Source: Chiloscyllium plagiosum (Eukaryota). From it: a stretch of DNA of 54,067 nt. Both the position numbers and the translations under genes were made by a program. This document shows positions 1 through 12,316 of this stretch, piece by piece. The notes beneath the pieces are model-generated. The model searched no databases, was not told the DNA's origin, and saw only the letters and a list, made by a program, of their open reading frames with translations. The stretch spans positions 921,091-975,157 of the forward strand of contig NC_057720.1 in NCBI RefSeq assembly GCF_004010195.1, in the 5' to 3' direction. Each line of letters opens with the position of its first letter. The stretch's first letter is position 1.

Positions 1-1210
1 CACTGCCTTCACTGCCATTCCTCTAAAAGTAACCTTTTTTTAAAAAAAAAAATTGGGTCTAAAGAATAGAACAAGCAAAATGCAGCACTTACCTACTTAC
101 CACAACGGGTCTTATTATTAGGTTAGAGGAGGAGGGAGGATGGGAGGCACTACCTCTGTAGTGCCTCGGGTTCTTCTCCTGCGCGCTTTTATAGGGAAAA
201 AACCTACCGAGGTAAGCTTACGCTATACCTGCTTCCGGCTCCCGGCTGCCCCTCTGGTCTTCGTCACTTCCCCCTGCTGCTGGAGGCACTACCTCTGTAG
301 TGCCTCGGGTTCTTCTCCTGCGCGCTTTTATAGGGAAAAAACCTACCGAGGTAAGCTTACGCTATACCTGCTTCCGGCTCCCGGCTGCCCCTCTGGTCTT
401 CGTCACTTCCCCCTGCTGCTCCCGCTTTTTCTGTGTAGAGAAAAAAAAACACCGCTGCCCGCTACTGGTAAGTAATTTTAAAACAAACTGTCTTACCTTA
501 GCTGTAGCCTTCCGGGTTCCTTTAAACTCTGCTGCTGCTCGCACTCAAAATGACCGTTGGCGTCGAAGGGTGAGTATTTATACTCACTGCTTTCCTTCCC
601 AGCTGCCCCTCTGGTCTTCGTCACTTCCCCCTGCTGCCCCTGCTCTTTCTGTGAAGAGAGGAAAAAAAAACACCGCTGCCCACAAGTAATTTTTTTTAGA
701 TTAGATTAGATTACATCACAGTGTGGAAACAGGCCCTTCGGCCCAACAAGTCCACACCGACCCGCCGAAGCGTAACCCACCCATACGTTTACCCCTTACC
801 TAACACTACGGGCAATTTAACGTGGCCAAATCACCTGACCTGCACATCTTTGGACTGTGGGAGGAAACCGGAGCACCCGGAGGAAACCCACGCAGACACG
901 GGGAGAACGTGCAAACTCCACACAGTCAGTCGCCTGAGGCGGGAATTGAACCCGGGTCTCTGGCGCTGTGAGGCAGCAGTGCTAACCACTGTGCCACTGT
1001 GCCGCCCATAATTTTAAAACAAACTGTCTTACCTTAGCTGTAGCCTTCCGGGTTCCTTTACACTCTGCTGCTGCTCGCACTCAAAATGACCGTTGGCGTC
1101 AAAGGGTGAGTATTTATACTCACTGCTTTCCTTCCCGGCTGCCCCTCTGGACTTCGTTACTTTCCCCTGCTGCCCCTGCTCTTTCTGTGAAGAGAAAAAA
1201 AAAACACCCT
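1..1210 (-). mobile_element. CR1 LINE 5' leader with tandem monomers; ORF1 starts at 18 and runs off the window
   Basis: Reverse complement of 1-18 is ATGGCAGTGAAGGCAGTG (MAVKAV), matching the ORF1 start at 53832 (MAAQAV). It carries the same hairpin/CCTCCTCTAACC/GGTAAG module as the other CR1 leaders. Tandem units at ~143-281/282-420 and ~473-681/1009-1209. Confidence 0.75.
696..1007 (-). mobile_element. HE1-type tRNA-derived SINE, full length
   Basis: Minus strand begins GGGCGGCACAGTGGCACAGTGGTTAGCACTGCTGCCTCAC, with B box GGTTCAATTCC and a (TCTAA)n tail. TAATTTT is duplicated at both ends. Confidence 0.9.
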
Positions 1211-1239
1211 TGTTGTTGTCCCTTCAACTAAAGGGAACA

Positions 1240-1625
1240 GCTGCTTTCTGCCCACCTTATCCATACCCCTCATAGTCTTATATACCTCTACCAGGACCCT
1301 CTCAGCTTTCTCTGCTTTAAAGAAAACAATCCAAACTTATCCAGCTTCTCTTTGAAGGTAAACTGCTGTATGCCAGGCAACATCTGTGAATCTTTGCTGC
1401 ACCCCTTTCAGTGTTACCACATCCCTCCTATATGCGGAGTTCACAACAGCACACAGTACTGCCAATTATGGCAAATTGTATTGGTTATACAGTTTTGGCC
1501 AAACTAAAGTTATTATTATCTATGACACTACTGATAAAGGCAAGTATCCTGTGTGCCTTCTTAACTGTCCTATTAACCTGTCTTGCTGCCATCAGGGATC
1601 TGTGGAGAAGTTCCCCAAGATAACA
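1240..1625 (-). mobile_element. degraded CR1 ORF2 3' fragment
   Basis: Minus-strand peptide QVNRTVKKAHRILAFI resembles the CR1 post-RT region seen in other copies (QVDRVVKKAYxxLAFI). Confidence 0.6.
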
Positions 1626-1629
1626 GCAT

Positions 1630-1941
1630 GGGCGACATGGTGGCATAGTGGTTAGCACTGCTGCCTCACAGCGCCAGAGACCCGGGTTCAATTCCTGCCT
1701 CAGGCGACTGACTGTGTGGAGTTTGCACGTTCTCCCCGTGTCTGCGTGGGTTTCCTCCGGGTGCTCCGGTTTCCTCCCACTGTCCAAAGATGTGCAGGTC
1801 AGGTGAATTGGCCATGCTAAATTGCCCGTAGTGTTAGGTAAGGGGTAAATGTAGGGGTATGGGTGGGTTGCGCTTCGGCGGATCGGTGTGGACTTGTTGG
1901 TCCGAAGGGCCTGTTTCCACACTGTAATGTGATCTAATCTA
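1630..1941 (+). mobile_element. HE1-type SINE, full length
   Basis: A/B boxes, near identity to 696-1007, TCTAA tail, TSD AACAGCA at 1622-1628 and 1942-1948. Confidence 0.9.
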
Positions 1942-2556
1942 AACAGCAAAACTAACTTATAGTTTCTTTTGTCTTAGTCAGTGAAACCAAGCTGCCTATC
2001 GAGAAGCAGCTGCAAAGTTACTGAACCTATCAAGTTAGTTTATAACTATTTAGAACTGGTTCCCTAGCGAGCTGTACCTGACTCAGATCACTGGAATCAC
2101 AACTAGTGAACGTACAGGATGGTTAACAGTTGCACATGAAGCACAAAGGTACAGTTTAGTCTGAATGCAGTGAGGCTGAGAGCTTAACTCGGGGAATTGA
2201 AGAAAAGGGAATTTGTGTCTAGTGAGGAAAGAGATGCTATCTCTTCTATTACTAAATATTGAGCAGTCCTAGAGAGGATGTTGAGGACAATAAGTCCTGA
2301 GAGCTGAAGCCTAGAATCAGGAATTAATTGAGTGGATGAGAGTTGAGGTATTTCTGTTTCGGAACTGGGACAGTAGTTTAACCTGGCTCTGGGAGGTGTA
2401 AATAATTTAATATATTGACGTCAAGAACTGTCAAGCTCCGTAATGTAACTACAGAATTGTTTAATAATATATCTGATTCCCCTTTCTTCTCCACTGTTCT
2501 GTATTTGGTTATAATGTACTAACATAATTATTTTATTTATTTCCCCCCATTATCAG

Positions 2557-2877
2557 ATCTCGGATCTCCCAGATGAAGACTTTTGGTCTGAAATGAAGTC
2601 TCTGCAGATCCTTTATCTTCATGGTAACATCATTGGGCCCCTGCGTAGTGTTGAGCCCCTGTTTTCTTGCCCAAACCTCATCGTTCTGACTCTGTTTGAC
2701 ACCCCAGTCAGTCTGGTTCCAAACTATCGGCATCACGTTGTCAACAGCATTCTGTCCCTCAAAGCCTTGGATCACTTTGTCATCTCAGATGAGGAGATCA
2801 TCGAAGATTGGCCGAAATCTGAAGAATTCAAAGCATTAAGTCCACATTTCTTTATTGACCTCCCATTGTGTTCACAG
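2557..2877 (+). CDS. LRRIQ3: LRRIQ3 exon (LRR and LRR-cap), phase 0/0
   Basis: Polypyrimidine tract and CAG acceptor at 2554-2556, donor GTTGGT at 2878. Encodes ISDLPDEDFWSEMKSLQILYLHGN...LTLFDTPVSLVPNYRHHVVNSILSLKALDHFVISDEEIIEDW, recognisably LRRIQ3. Confidence 0.92.
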
Positions 2878-4244
2878 GTTGGTGCCTTTATCTGTTATTA
2901 AGGGACTGAAACATTTCATGCATCCACCAAGATCAGACTGAAAATCAGGAATAAGAAACACAGGATATGTGTAGCAAATTTGTCAAAGTTGAAAGAGAGG
3001 AAAGAAAGGTTAAGTATTCCAGATTAGAATTAAAAAAAAAAATCATTCATGGAATGGCTCGGACAGCACTATTGTCCATCCCTTGAGAAGATGGTGGTGA
3101 GCTGCTTTCTTGAACTGCTGCAGTCCAGTGTAGTATGGAGACAGCCACAGTGCTGTTAGGGGGAGAACTTTAAAGCAAATTTTAAGATGCAGAAGTGAGG
3201 GGCAGGTTCCAATGTGGGCACAGTGTGGAAAATAGATGTAGGTGCATAACATCCATCACCATCCACTTTAACTTGATTGGAGGTGTCCCAGTGCATTTGT
3301 TATATGCATATGTTCAGAGAAAAGTATTTGTAAATTTAACCCAGCATTCTGCCTTCAACATTCTGCTCACTGCTTTCCCAAACTATGGGAAATTTTCAGG
3401 GATCCCTGTGGAGATTTGCTTTGCTAGATTGACAGGCTGGAAAGGATTTAAAGACTGAAACAGTCTTGTGTGTCCAGGATTTGCTTTGATTGTGCTTTCA
3501 CAGCCATAAAGGCAATTTCCAAACACTCTGCAATTTTGGCCTTTACTCATCTTTATCTTCATTCCCAGCTGTCAGATTTTCTGACCTTATTATAAGGTTC
3601 TCCATTGATGTCTGAAGAGAACCAGGAGGGACGGGCTCCGCAACACCAATGGCAGCGGTAGAGGAATGGCATTCTACTCAACCATGTGGCTGTCCACAAA
3701 ACTGAGGGGATGGACATCCAGCTGCAGCTCAAAGGAGGATCATATGAGCACGCTCACATATGAATTAGGAACTGAACTAGGCTAATTGCCCCTACAAGTC
3801 TGCACTACAATTCAATAACATAATAGCAGATCTGTGTTTCAATTTCCACATTTCCTTCTACCCCCATAATCTTTGATTCTATTGCCCCACAAGAATTCAT
3901 CTATCTCCATCTTAAACATACTCAATGACCCAGTGTCACACCTCACTGGAGTAATCTCATGCTGGAAATTAGGTTCCACTACTCCTGGGGACATTACAAA
4001 AGTTAATGCTTTTAACAAAGTATGCAAAACTCTCCACATTTCCTGACACATTAGACCCAGGTTGACAGAAAACATGGACCAGGTTTTTGTACTTAACAAG
4101 GAGAACCATTTATTATGAATAAATAGACTCTCGTTAGAGATAAATGACTATAAACTGTTGACATATAACTTTCTTAATTAAAATTCTAACCCCATTACAA
4201 AACTCCCCCTACACAAACATAGACAAGGAGGGGCAATATCTTAT

Positions 4245-4615
4245 ATTTATTATTGTGAAACTATTAGTTCAGAAACTCACCTAATGTTCCAGGGACCCAG
4301 GTTCGCATCCTACCAGGGCAGACTGTGGCATTAGAATTCAATAAAAAAAAGCAGAATTAAGAATCTACTGATGATCATGAAACCATTATCGATTGTCGGA
4401 AAAACCGGTCTGGTTCATTCATTATTTCCAGGGAGGAAATTTGCTGTCCTCACTTGGTCTGACTGACATGTGATTCTAGACCCACAGCAATGTGGTTGAT
4501 TCTTAACCGCCCTCTGAAATGGCCTAACAAGCCATTCAGTTCAAGGGCAGTTAAGGGCAGGCAATAAATGCTGGCCAGCTAGTGATGCCTACTTCCCATG
4601 AGTGAATTTAAAAAA
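4245..4615 (+). mobile_element. second tRNA-derived shark SINE family
   Basis: B-box-like GGTTCGCATCC, body GACCCACAGCAATGTGGTTGA, tail GGCAATAAATGCTGGCC. Homologous copies at 10615, 13520, 15915 and 22710. Confidence 0.7.
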
Positions 4616-6143
4616 TAATATTTTAGTGTGAAAATGGATAAATCCCCTGGGCCAGATGGGCTTTATCCTGGGATTCTTTGGGAAGCCAGGGTGGAGATTG
4701 CTGAGCCTTTGGCTTTAGTCTTTATGTCATCATTGTCTACAGGAATAGTGCCAGAAGACTGGAGGATAGCAAATGTTGTCCCCTTGTTCAAGAAGGGGAG
4801 TAGAGACAACCCTGGTAATTATAGACCAGTGAGCCTTACTTCGGTTGTGGGTAAGGTGTTGGAAAGGGTTATAAGAGATAGGAATTATACTCATCTCAAT
4901 AAGAATAAGTTAATTAGGGATAGTCAACATGGTTCTGTGAAGGATAGGTTGTGCCTCACAAACCTTGTTGAGTTCTTTGAGAAGGTGACCAAACAGGTGG
5001 ATGAGGGTAAAGCTGTTGTTATGGTGTATATGGATTTCAGTAAAGCATTTGATAAGGTTCCCCACTATAGGCTACTGCACGAAATATGGAGGAATGGGAT
5101 TGAGGGTGATTTAGTGGTTTGGATCAGAAATTAGCTTGCTGAAAGAAGACAGAGGGTGGTGGTTGATGGGAAATGTTCATCCTGGAGTTCAGTTACCATT
5201 GGTGTACTGCAAGGATTTGTTTTGGGTCCACTGCTGTTTGTCATTTTTTTATCAACAAGCTGGATGAGGGCAAAAAAGGTTGAGTTAGTAAATTTGCAGA
5301 CGACAGTACAGTTGTGGGTAGTGACGAAGGATGTTGTAAGTTTGTGGGGAGTGACAGATGGAGTTTAATTTGGAGAAATGCGAGGTGCTGCATTTTGGAA
5401 AGGCAAATCAGAGCAGGATGTATACACTTCATGGTAAGTTCCTGCAGAGGGTTGCTGAACAGAGAGACCTTGGAGTACAGGTTCATAGTTCCTTGAAAGT
5501 GGAGTTGCTGGTGGATGGGATAGTGAAGGTGTTTGGAATGCTTCCCTTTATTGGTCCATGCATTGAGTATAGGAGTTGGAAAGTCATGTTGTGACTGTTC
5601 AGGACATTAGTTAGCCCATTATTGAAATACTACGTGCAGTTCTGGTCTCCCTGCTGTAGGAAGTGGTGTTGTGAAACTTGAAAGGGTTCATAATAGATTT
5701 ACAAGAATGTTGCCAGGGCTGGAGGGTTTGAGCCACAGGGAGAGGCTGAATAGGGTCAAAATCCTAGAATTCCCTCTGTAATGGCATTGTGGGTCAACTC
5801 ACAACAGGTAGGCAGCTCACCATCATCTTCTCGAGTTGAAGGTCAAATTTGAATGCAGATTACAGGTTTAAAGGCAGGGTTCTTGGCAGTGTGGAGGAAC
5901 AGCGGGATCTTGGGGTCCATATCCATAGATCCCTCAAAGTTACCAACCAAGTTGATAGGGTTGTTAAGAAGGCATATAATGTGGTTCCTTTCATTAGCAG
6001 GGGGATATTGTTTAAGAGCCACAAGGTTAAGATGCAGTTCTATAAAACCATGGTTAGACCACACTTTGAATATTGTGTTCAGTTCTGATCATGTCATGAT
6101 CGGATGGATGTGGAAGCTTTAGTGAGGGGCAATGGAGATTTCT

Positions 6144-6364
6144 AGGAGAAAGTGAGGACTGCAGATGCTGGAGAACAGAACTGAAAATGTGTTGCTGGAA
6201 AAGCGCAGCAGGTCAGGCAGCATCCAAGGAGCAGGAGAATCAACGTTTCGGGCATGAGCCCTTCTTCAGGATTCCTAAAGAAGGGCTCATGCCTGAAACA
6301 TCAATTCTCCTGCTCCTTGGATGCTGCCTGACCTGCTGCACTTTTCCAGCAACACATTTTCAGC
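6144..6364. mobile_element. fold-back Penelope pLTR-derived mini-element
   Basis: Arms of ~90 bp form an inverted repeat centred near 6272. Degenerate TSD GCAATG(G/A)AGATTT..AGGA at 6129-6147 and 6363-6382, inside CR1. Confidence 0.8.
6238..6273 (-). ncRNA. minimal type I hammerhead ribozyme motif
   Basis: Minus strand reads AATC-CTGAAGA-A-GGGC TCAT GCCC-GAAA-CGTT-GATT: full core, stem I AATC/GATT, stem II, palindromic ACGT stem III. Confidence 0.75.
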
Positions 6365-7316
6365 AATGAAGATTTACCAGGATGCTGCCTGGACTGGAGG
6401 GCATGTCTTATGAAGAAAGGTTGAGGGAATTAGGGCTTTTCACATTGGAGCGAAGAAAGATGAGAGGTGACTTGATAGAGGTGTACAAGATGATGAGAGG
6501 CATAGGTAGATTGGATAGCCAGAGCCTCTTTCCCAGGGTAGAAATGGTTTTCACAAGGGGGCATAATTTTAAAGTGATTGGATGAAGGTTGAGGTGTGAT
6601 GTCAGAAGTAGGTTCTGTACACAGAGAGTGGTGGGTGTGTGGAATGCACTGTCAGCAGGGGTAATGGAGTCAGAGACATTAGGGACATTTAAGCAATTGT
6701 TGGGTAGATGCATGGAAGATAGTAAATTGAAAGATGTGTAGGTTAGTTTGATCTTCGAGTCAGATAAAAGGTTATCACAACATTGAGGGCCAAAGGGCCT
6801 GTACTGTGCTGTGCTGTTCTATGTTCTATGTTCTCAAGGGCAACTTGGGATGGGCAATAAATGCTGGCCATCCAGTGAAGCCCACATCCCACAAATGCAT
6901 TAAAAAAGTCTGTGACAATGTCCCCTGGAGGGTCGGAGGCTGAGGGATGGCCTTATAGAGGTTTAAAAAATCATGCGAGGCATGGATAGGACAAATAAAC
7001 AAGGTCTTTTTGCTGGGCTGGGGGACTCCAAAACTTGAGGGCATAGTTTTAAGGTGAGAGGGGAAAGATATAAAAGAGATCTAAGGGACAACTTTTTCAC
7101 GCAGAGGGAGGTGTGTGTATGGAATGAGCTGCCAGAGGATGTGGTGCAATTACAACATTTAAAAGACTTGTGGATGGGTAAATGAATAGGAAGGGTTTAG
7201 AGGGATGTGGGCCAAATGCTGGCAAATGTGACTAGGTTTATTTAGGATATATGGTCGGCATGAATGAGTTTCTGTGCTGTGCGTCTATATGGGCTATGGT
7301 ATGTCACAATTTCAAG

Positions 7317-7542
7317 ATATTAGATTCCCTACATTTACCCCTGACTAATGCACCTAACACTATGGGCAATTCAGCGTGGCCAATTGACCTGACATGCACA
7401 TCTTTGGACTGTGGGAGGAAACCCACGCAGACACATGGAGAATGTGCAAACTCCACACAGACAGTCACCCCAGGCAGGAATCGAGCCAGGATCCCTGGTG
7501 CTGTGAGGCAGCAGTGCTAACTACTGAGCCACCGTGCCACCC
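7317..7542 (-). mobile_element. HE1-type SINE, internally deleted
   Basis: Homology to 696-1007. Confidence 0.85.
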
Positions 7543-8308
7543 TTAGTCGCAAGTCAGCAAGTGAGCTAGGAGTGAGATGCGTAGAAATGTCTTTACTCAG
7601 AGAGTTGTTAGGATCTCTGCCTGGGAGAGTGGTGGAGGTGGATTGCAGAGGAGGTTTCAAAAGAGAGCTGGAGATGTTGGAAGTGATGAAATTATAGGGT
7701 TGTGGAGATAGGGCTGGACAGTGCGACTCACTGGGTAGCGTTTTGAGAGCCGGTGCAGACAGGATGGGCTGAATGGCCTCTTGCTGTGCTGTAAAATTCT
7801 ATGACTCTGTGTAGATATTGATCCCATGATGACACTGACATTAACCAGAGCCAGATGAGCACAAGAGTTATCACTGAGCTTGACACTGTAAAATTGATGA
7901 CAATGTCTTCAGCATTGACATATGAAATTCCCTCCCTGCACATCTCTATTTCCCTTATTCCTCCAGAATGATTCTCTTTAATGTGACCTCTTAGACCAAG
8001 TTACCTGTCATTATATTGCCGCAAGTTGTTTTCTGTCAAATTTTGTTTGATAACTTGCTAATGTGAAGCACCTTGAGCTGCTTTACTGCTTTCATAGCAC
8101 TGTACATTTTACAGGTGTGGTTTTAAATTCTACCAGATGAAGTTGATTTAATTGGCCATTTTGGAGATAACTAAATACTTCTTTCTCAAACTCCCATGGA
8201 TCACTGATGGGAAATGGTGCTAACTGATCACTTCTTGCTGTTACTGCTTTATAAGAAGCATTTTGATTTCTTGTTGAACCAGTGTTGGTGCTCTCATCCC
8301 TCACACAG

Positions 8309-8442
8309 ATCTCGACCTGGTGTACGGAGTTGAGACGTATCAGGAGTCTGCTCTCTACCATCAACAACATCCTTGCCCATCGCTCTCCAGTGCTGATCAT
8401 TCAACGATGGTTCCGTGGGTTCTTGGTCAGAAAGAAGCTGGG
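8309..8442 (+). CDS. LRRIQ3: LRRIQ3 exon (IQ motif), phase 0/2
   Basis: CAG acceptor at 8306-8308, donor GTATTG at 8443. Encodes ISTWCTELRRIRSLLSTINNILAHRSPVLIIQRWFRGFLVRKKL, containing IQxxxRGxxxR. Not present in the ORF track. Confidence 0.92.
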
Positions 8443-8539
8443 GTATTGATTAATTTACATGATTTCTTATTTCCTCGCCCTTATTCTGTAAATTGACCTG
8501 ATAAGATATCCCTTTCTGCTTTGTTGTCACTAATTTGTT

Positions 8540-10062
8540 AGAGTTCTTTGATGAAGTGACCAGGAAGGTTGATAAGGGCTGTGCAGTAGACATAGTTTAG
8601 ATGGATTTCAGTAAGGCCTTTGATAAGGTTCCACGTGGTAGGCTGCTCTGGAAGGTTAGATCACATAGAATCCAGAAGGAGTTGGCAAATTGGATACACA
8701 ATTGGCTTGATGGTAGGAAGCAAAAGGTAACAGTGGAAGGATGCTTGTTGGACTGGAGGCCGGTGACTAGTGGAGTGCCTCGGGGTCGGTGCTGGGCCCA
8801 TTGCTGTTTGTTATCGATATCAATGATTTGGATGAGAATGTACAAGGCATGGTTAGTAAGTTTGCTGATGACACTAAAATAGGCAGTAGAATGGACAGCG
8901 AGGAAGGTTGTCAGAAATTGCAGCAGGACCTTGATCAGTTGGGGAAGTGGACTGAGAAATGGCAAATGGAGTTCAATATAGATAGGTGTGAGGTCTTGCA
9001 TTTTGTAAAGTCAAATCAAGGGAGGAGTTTCATGGTGAATGGTAGGGCCTTAAGGAGTGTAGTGGAACAGAGGGACCTTGGAGCTCAGGTTCACAGTTCT
9101 CTGAAAGTGGAGTCCCAGGTAGACAGGGCAGTGAAAAAGGCTTTTGGCACACTGTCCTTCATCAGTCAGGGCATTGAGTGTAGAAGTTGGGAAATTATGT
9201 TACAGTTTTGGTCACCTTGCTAGAGGAAGGATGTTATTAAACAGGAAAGAGTGCAGAAGAAATTTACAAGGGTGTTGCCCAGACTCAATAGTCTGAGTTA
9301 CAGGGAGAGGTTGGACAAGAGAAGACCTTTTTCTTTAGAGTGTAAGAGACTGAGGAGGAATCTTATAGAGGTGTATAAGATCATAGGTTGGCACGGTGGC
9401 ACAGTGGTTAGCACTGCTGCCTCACAGCGCCAGAGACCCAGGTTCAGTTCCCGCCTCAGGTGACTGACTGTGTGGAGTTTGCACGTTCTCCCTGTGTCTG
9501 CGTGCGTTTCCTCCGGGTGCTCCGGTTTCCTCCCACAGTCCAAAAATGTGCAGGTTAGGTGAATTGGCCATGCTAAATTGCCCGTAGTGTTAGGTGAAGG
9601 GGTTAATGTAGGGCAATGGGTCTGGGTGGGTTGCTCTTCGGAGGACCGGTGTGGACTTGTTGGGCCGAAGGGCATGTTTCCTCACTGTAAGTAATGTAAT
9701 GTAATCTAATCATGAGAGACATGGATAGGTGAATCCACTCAGTCTTTTTCCCAGGGTTGGGATATTGAGGACTAGAGGGCATCAGTTTAAGGTTAGAGGG
9801 GAAAGAATAAAAGGGAACCTGAGGGGCAACCTTTTTACACAGGGGGTAGTACACATATGGAATGAGCTGCCAGCGCAAGTGGTTGAGGCGGGTACATTAA
9901 CAACATTTAAAAGCCATTTGGACAAATACATGGACAGGAAAGGATTAGAAGGATATGGGCCAAGTGCAGGGAAATGGGGTTAGTGTGGATGGACATTTTA
10001 GTCAGCATAGACCAGTTTGTACCAAAGGGCCTGTCTCCGTGCTGTAGGACTCTATGACTCTA
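8540..10062 (+). mobile_element. 5'-truncated CR1 (RT to 3' tail)
   Basis: MDFSKAFDKVP, LGPLLFV, KFADDTK, WQMEFN; tail GACTCTATGACTCTA. Confidence 0.9.
9386..9708 (+). mobile_element. HE1-type SINE nested in CR1
   Basis: Full-length homology; TSD ATCAT at 9380-9384 and 9709-9713. Confidence 0.9.
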
Positions 10063-10384
10063 ATTGTCAAACTGGTTCTCTTTTGTTAAATCCACTACTG
10101 CTGCACAAAAATATAAAAGCTAGTTTAACTTATTACTTTAAATGCACTTTCTATTTTGGTGCTACATTTGTTGCTCGCTTTGATTTTACATGTTTCAGTT
10201 TCCCTTTCCTCCTTTCACTCTTATTTTAGTATTGCTGATATTTTTATGTCTTTTTTCTAAAGTTCTGTTTGGGTTTTTATCTTCCTTCTCTCCTGAGACA
10301 TTGACCCTGTACTGGGATGTGTAATCACAGGGACAGTTCTCACCCCATATGGATGTTGACTCTGTGCTGGTGGTCTGTTGTATA

Positions 10385-10600
10385 GAAACATTGAAACATA
10401 GAAATTAAGAGCAGGAGGAGGCCATTCAGCCCTTTGAGCCTGTTCCACCATTTAATACGATCACAGCTGGCCATCTGACTCGGCACTCTATTCCCATTTT
10501 CTCCCCCGTACTGTTTGATCTCTGCAGCCCCAGTTGCTACATCCAACTCTTTCTTGAATTCGTGCAAAGTTTTGGTTTCAACTGTTTTCTGTGGTAATGA
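10385..10600 (-). mobile_element. CR1 3' end fragment
   Basis: Minus strand carries GGCTCAAAGGGCTGAATGGCCTCCTCCTGCTC and a (TTTCTATG)-like tail. Confidence 0.7.
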
Positions 10601-10614
10601 ATAGTGAAGCAGGA

Positions 10615-10830
10615 GAAGTGATGGCCTTGTGGTATTATTGCAAAGAAAATCTTACCACAGTAGGTGGTGGAATTTGAATTAAATAAAATTCTGGAATTAA
10701 GAGTTTAATGATGACAATGAAATCCATTGTTGATTGTCAGAAAAATCCATTTGGTTCACTATTACTCTTTAGGGAAGGAAAGAAGCCATCCCTACCTGGT
10801 CTGGTCTATATGTGACTCCAGACCCACAAT
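10615..10830 (+). mobile_element. partial copy of second SINE family
   Basis: Homology to 4245-4615. Confidence 0.6.
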
Positions 10831-11084
10831 CATCATGGTACTGTACATCTCTATCAAGTCTCCCAGTCGAGGTTTATGTGCCTCTGAGTCTTGGGGTCAG
10901 TGATGCATTTCTGTATGTAGTAGAAAAACAAATAACCACAACTTCATTATGACTGACAATCAAGTGACAATGCTGCTAATGCGATTCCGTCTTCATTGTC
11001 ATCAGTAACATTCCCTCTGATTTCCTTTCTTTAGTGGTCCCATCACTCTCTTTAAAACCAAACATTATGTTTGGGCCTAAGACC

Positions 11085-11200
11085 AGACTGAGAGTGTGGT
11101 GCTGGAAAAGCACAGCAGGTCAGGCAGCATCCGAGGAGCAGGAGAATCGATGTTCATCAGGAAGGGCTAATGAAGGGCTTGTACCTGAAACGTTGTGTCT
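11085..11200. mobile_element. degenerate Penelope pLTR fold-back remnant
   Basis: GCTGGAAAAGCACAGCAGGTCAGGCAGCATCC arm plus a decayed core CTAATGAAGGGCTTGTACCTGAAACGTT. Confidence 0.65.
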
Positions 11201-12098
11201 TTTGTTTATGATATAGCTTCTGTTCTTCTCAAAACCCTGCTCCACCTCAGACTACCCAAACTGCTGCTCATATCAGTTACTTAACCTCTTCCTCTGTGAT
11301 TCTGTCACACTGGATTCCCAAGACTACTCTTGAGCATCTAATCACTGGCACAATGCCAGCCCTCTAGTGCTCTGAGCAGAACACTGTGGCTCTTGAGCCT
11401 CCTTGAATTTGATGTGGTCCTCCATTGACATGAGCTCTACTCTGCCTGTGTTCCCTGGTTGTAATCCTCAATTAATAGGCACACTTCCATACTTCCCTCA
11501 AATGTGATCCAAGATTCAGTCTTTTTAGTCTTCTTTCCCACCTGGGCTGACCAACTACTGAACCTGTGCCCCCTTTTGATGGCCAGTTATACTTCAATGT
11601 CGAAACACATGTTCTCAGCTTTTAGGCCATGCTGCAGCTGACATCTGCATTCGGCCTTCCCTGAATTACAATCTCCCCAACAAAGCTTTTCACTGTGCCT
11701 CGGTACACGTGACAATAAATAAACTCAATTCAGTACACTGAGCAAATACTGTTCCCAAGTATCCCTGAACCCCAACTCTAAACGCCATTTAGTCACCAGT
11801 GATGCCCAGGGCTCCGCTCAGGTCCAGCTTGAACTGATCGCTGTGATCTATTATAATCTGCCATCAAGCCCTGTCCCTATTCCCAGGCAGAATATTACAC
11901 ACCCAAACTGGCCGGATGCATTCCAATCATTAAAGTTACCGTTTCCAGACAACCAGAACTCACCCCAACAGATTCTAACTTTCAAACACACACACAGATA
12001 AACAAAAATCCAAGAATTATTAATTTCATTAGAATCGTCATAAGCTATTATTAAAATACTAATGTTATGTTACTTGTTATTTTGTTTTGCTAAACTAG

Positions 12099-12201
12099 AA
12101 TTGTACCGATTCCATGTAAAGAACATGGTTTCCCATTTCTGGACCTCCACGGAGAGTTATGCAGTGAGGGTATTCATGTGCTGCAGGATGGCAGTTTATG
12201 T
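12099..12201 (+). CDS. LRRIQ3: probable LRRIQ3 exon, phase 2/0
   Basis: T-rich tract plus TAG acceptor, strong GTGAGT donor at 12202, open frame (G)IVPIPCKEHGFPFLDLHGELCSEGIHVLQDGSLC. Phases bridge the flanking exons exactly. Sequence similarity not recognisable. Confidence 0.65.
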
Positions 12202-12316
12202 GTGAGTCTGAACCATGATGCGGGGTTTAGGGTTTGAAATTTACACTTTGATCCCAGACAAAATAACAGCAGGTTTCAGTATCAGCAGAGGAGATACAGC
12301 ATATCAGATCATTTGT

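Larger units (their letters stand above)
4627..7810 (+). mobile_element. cluster of CR1 ORF2 (RT) fragments and 3' ends, disrupted
   Basis: KSPGPDG, PEDWRIANVVPLFKKG, NYRPVSLTSVVGKVLE, YMDFSKAFDKVPH, QGxVLGPLLF, YCVQFW and LRGDLIEVYK motifs, with stops and frameshifts. Several 3' tails such as (GTTCTAT)n at 6815-6832. Confidence 0.9.

Noticed and set aside
121..132. GGTTAGAGGAG resembling the flavivirus 3' UTR CS2 motif
   Set aside because: It is the antisense of the CR1 leader box; there is no GACCC continuation or viral coding sequence.
1630..1710. tRNA genes
   Set aside because: A/B boxes continue into SINE bodies and tails; no complete cloverleaf with a poly-T terminator.
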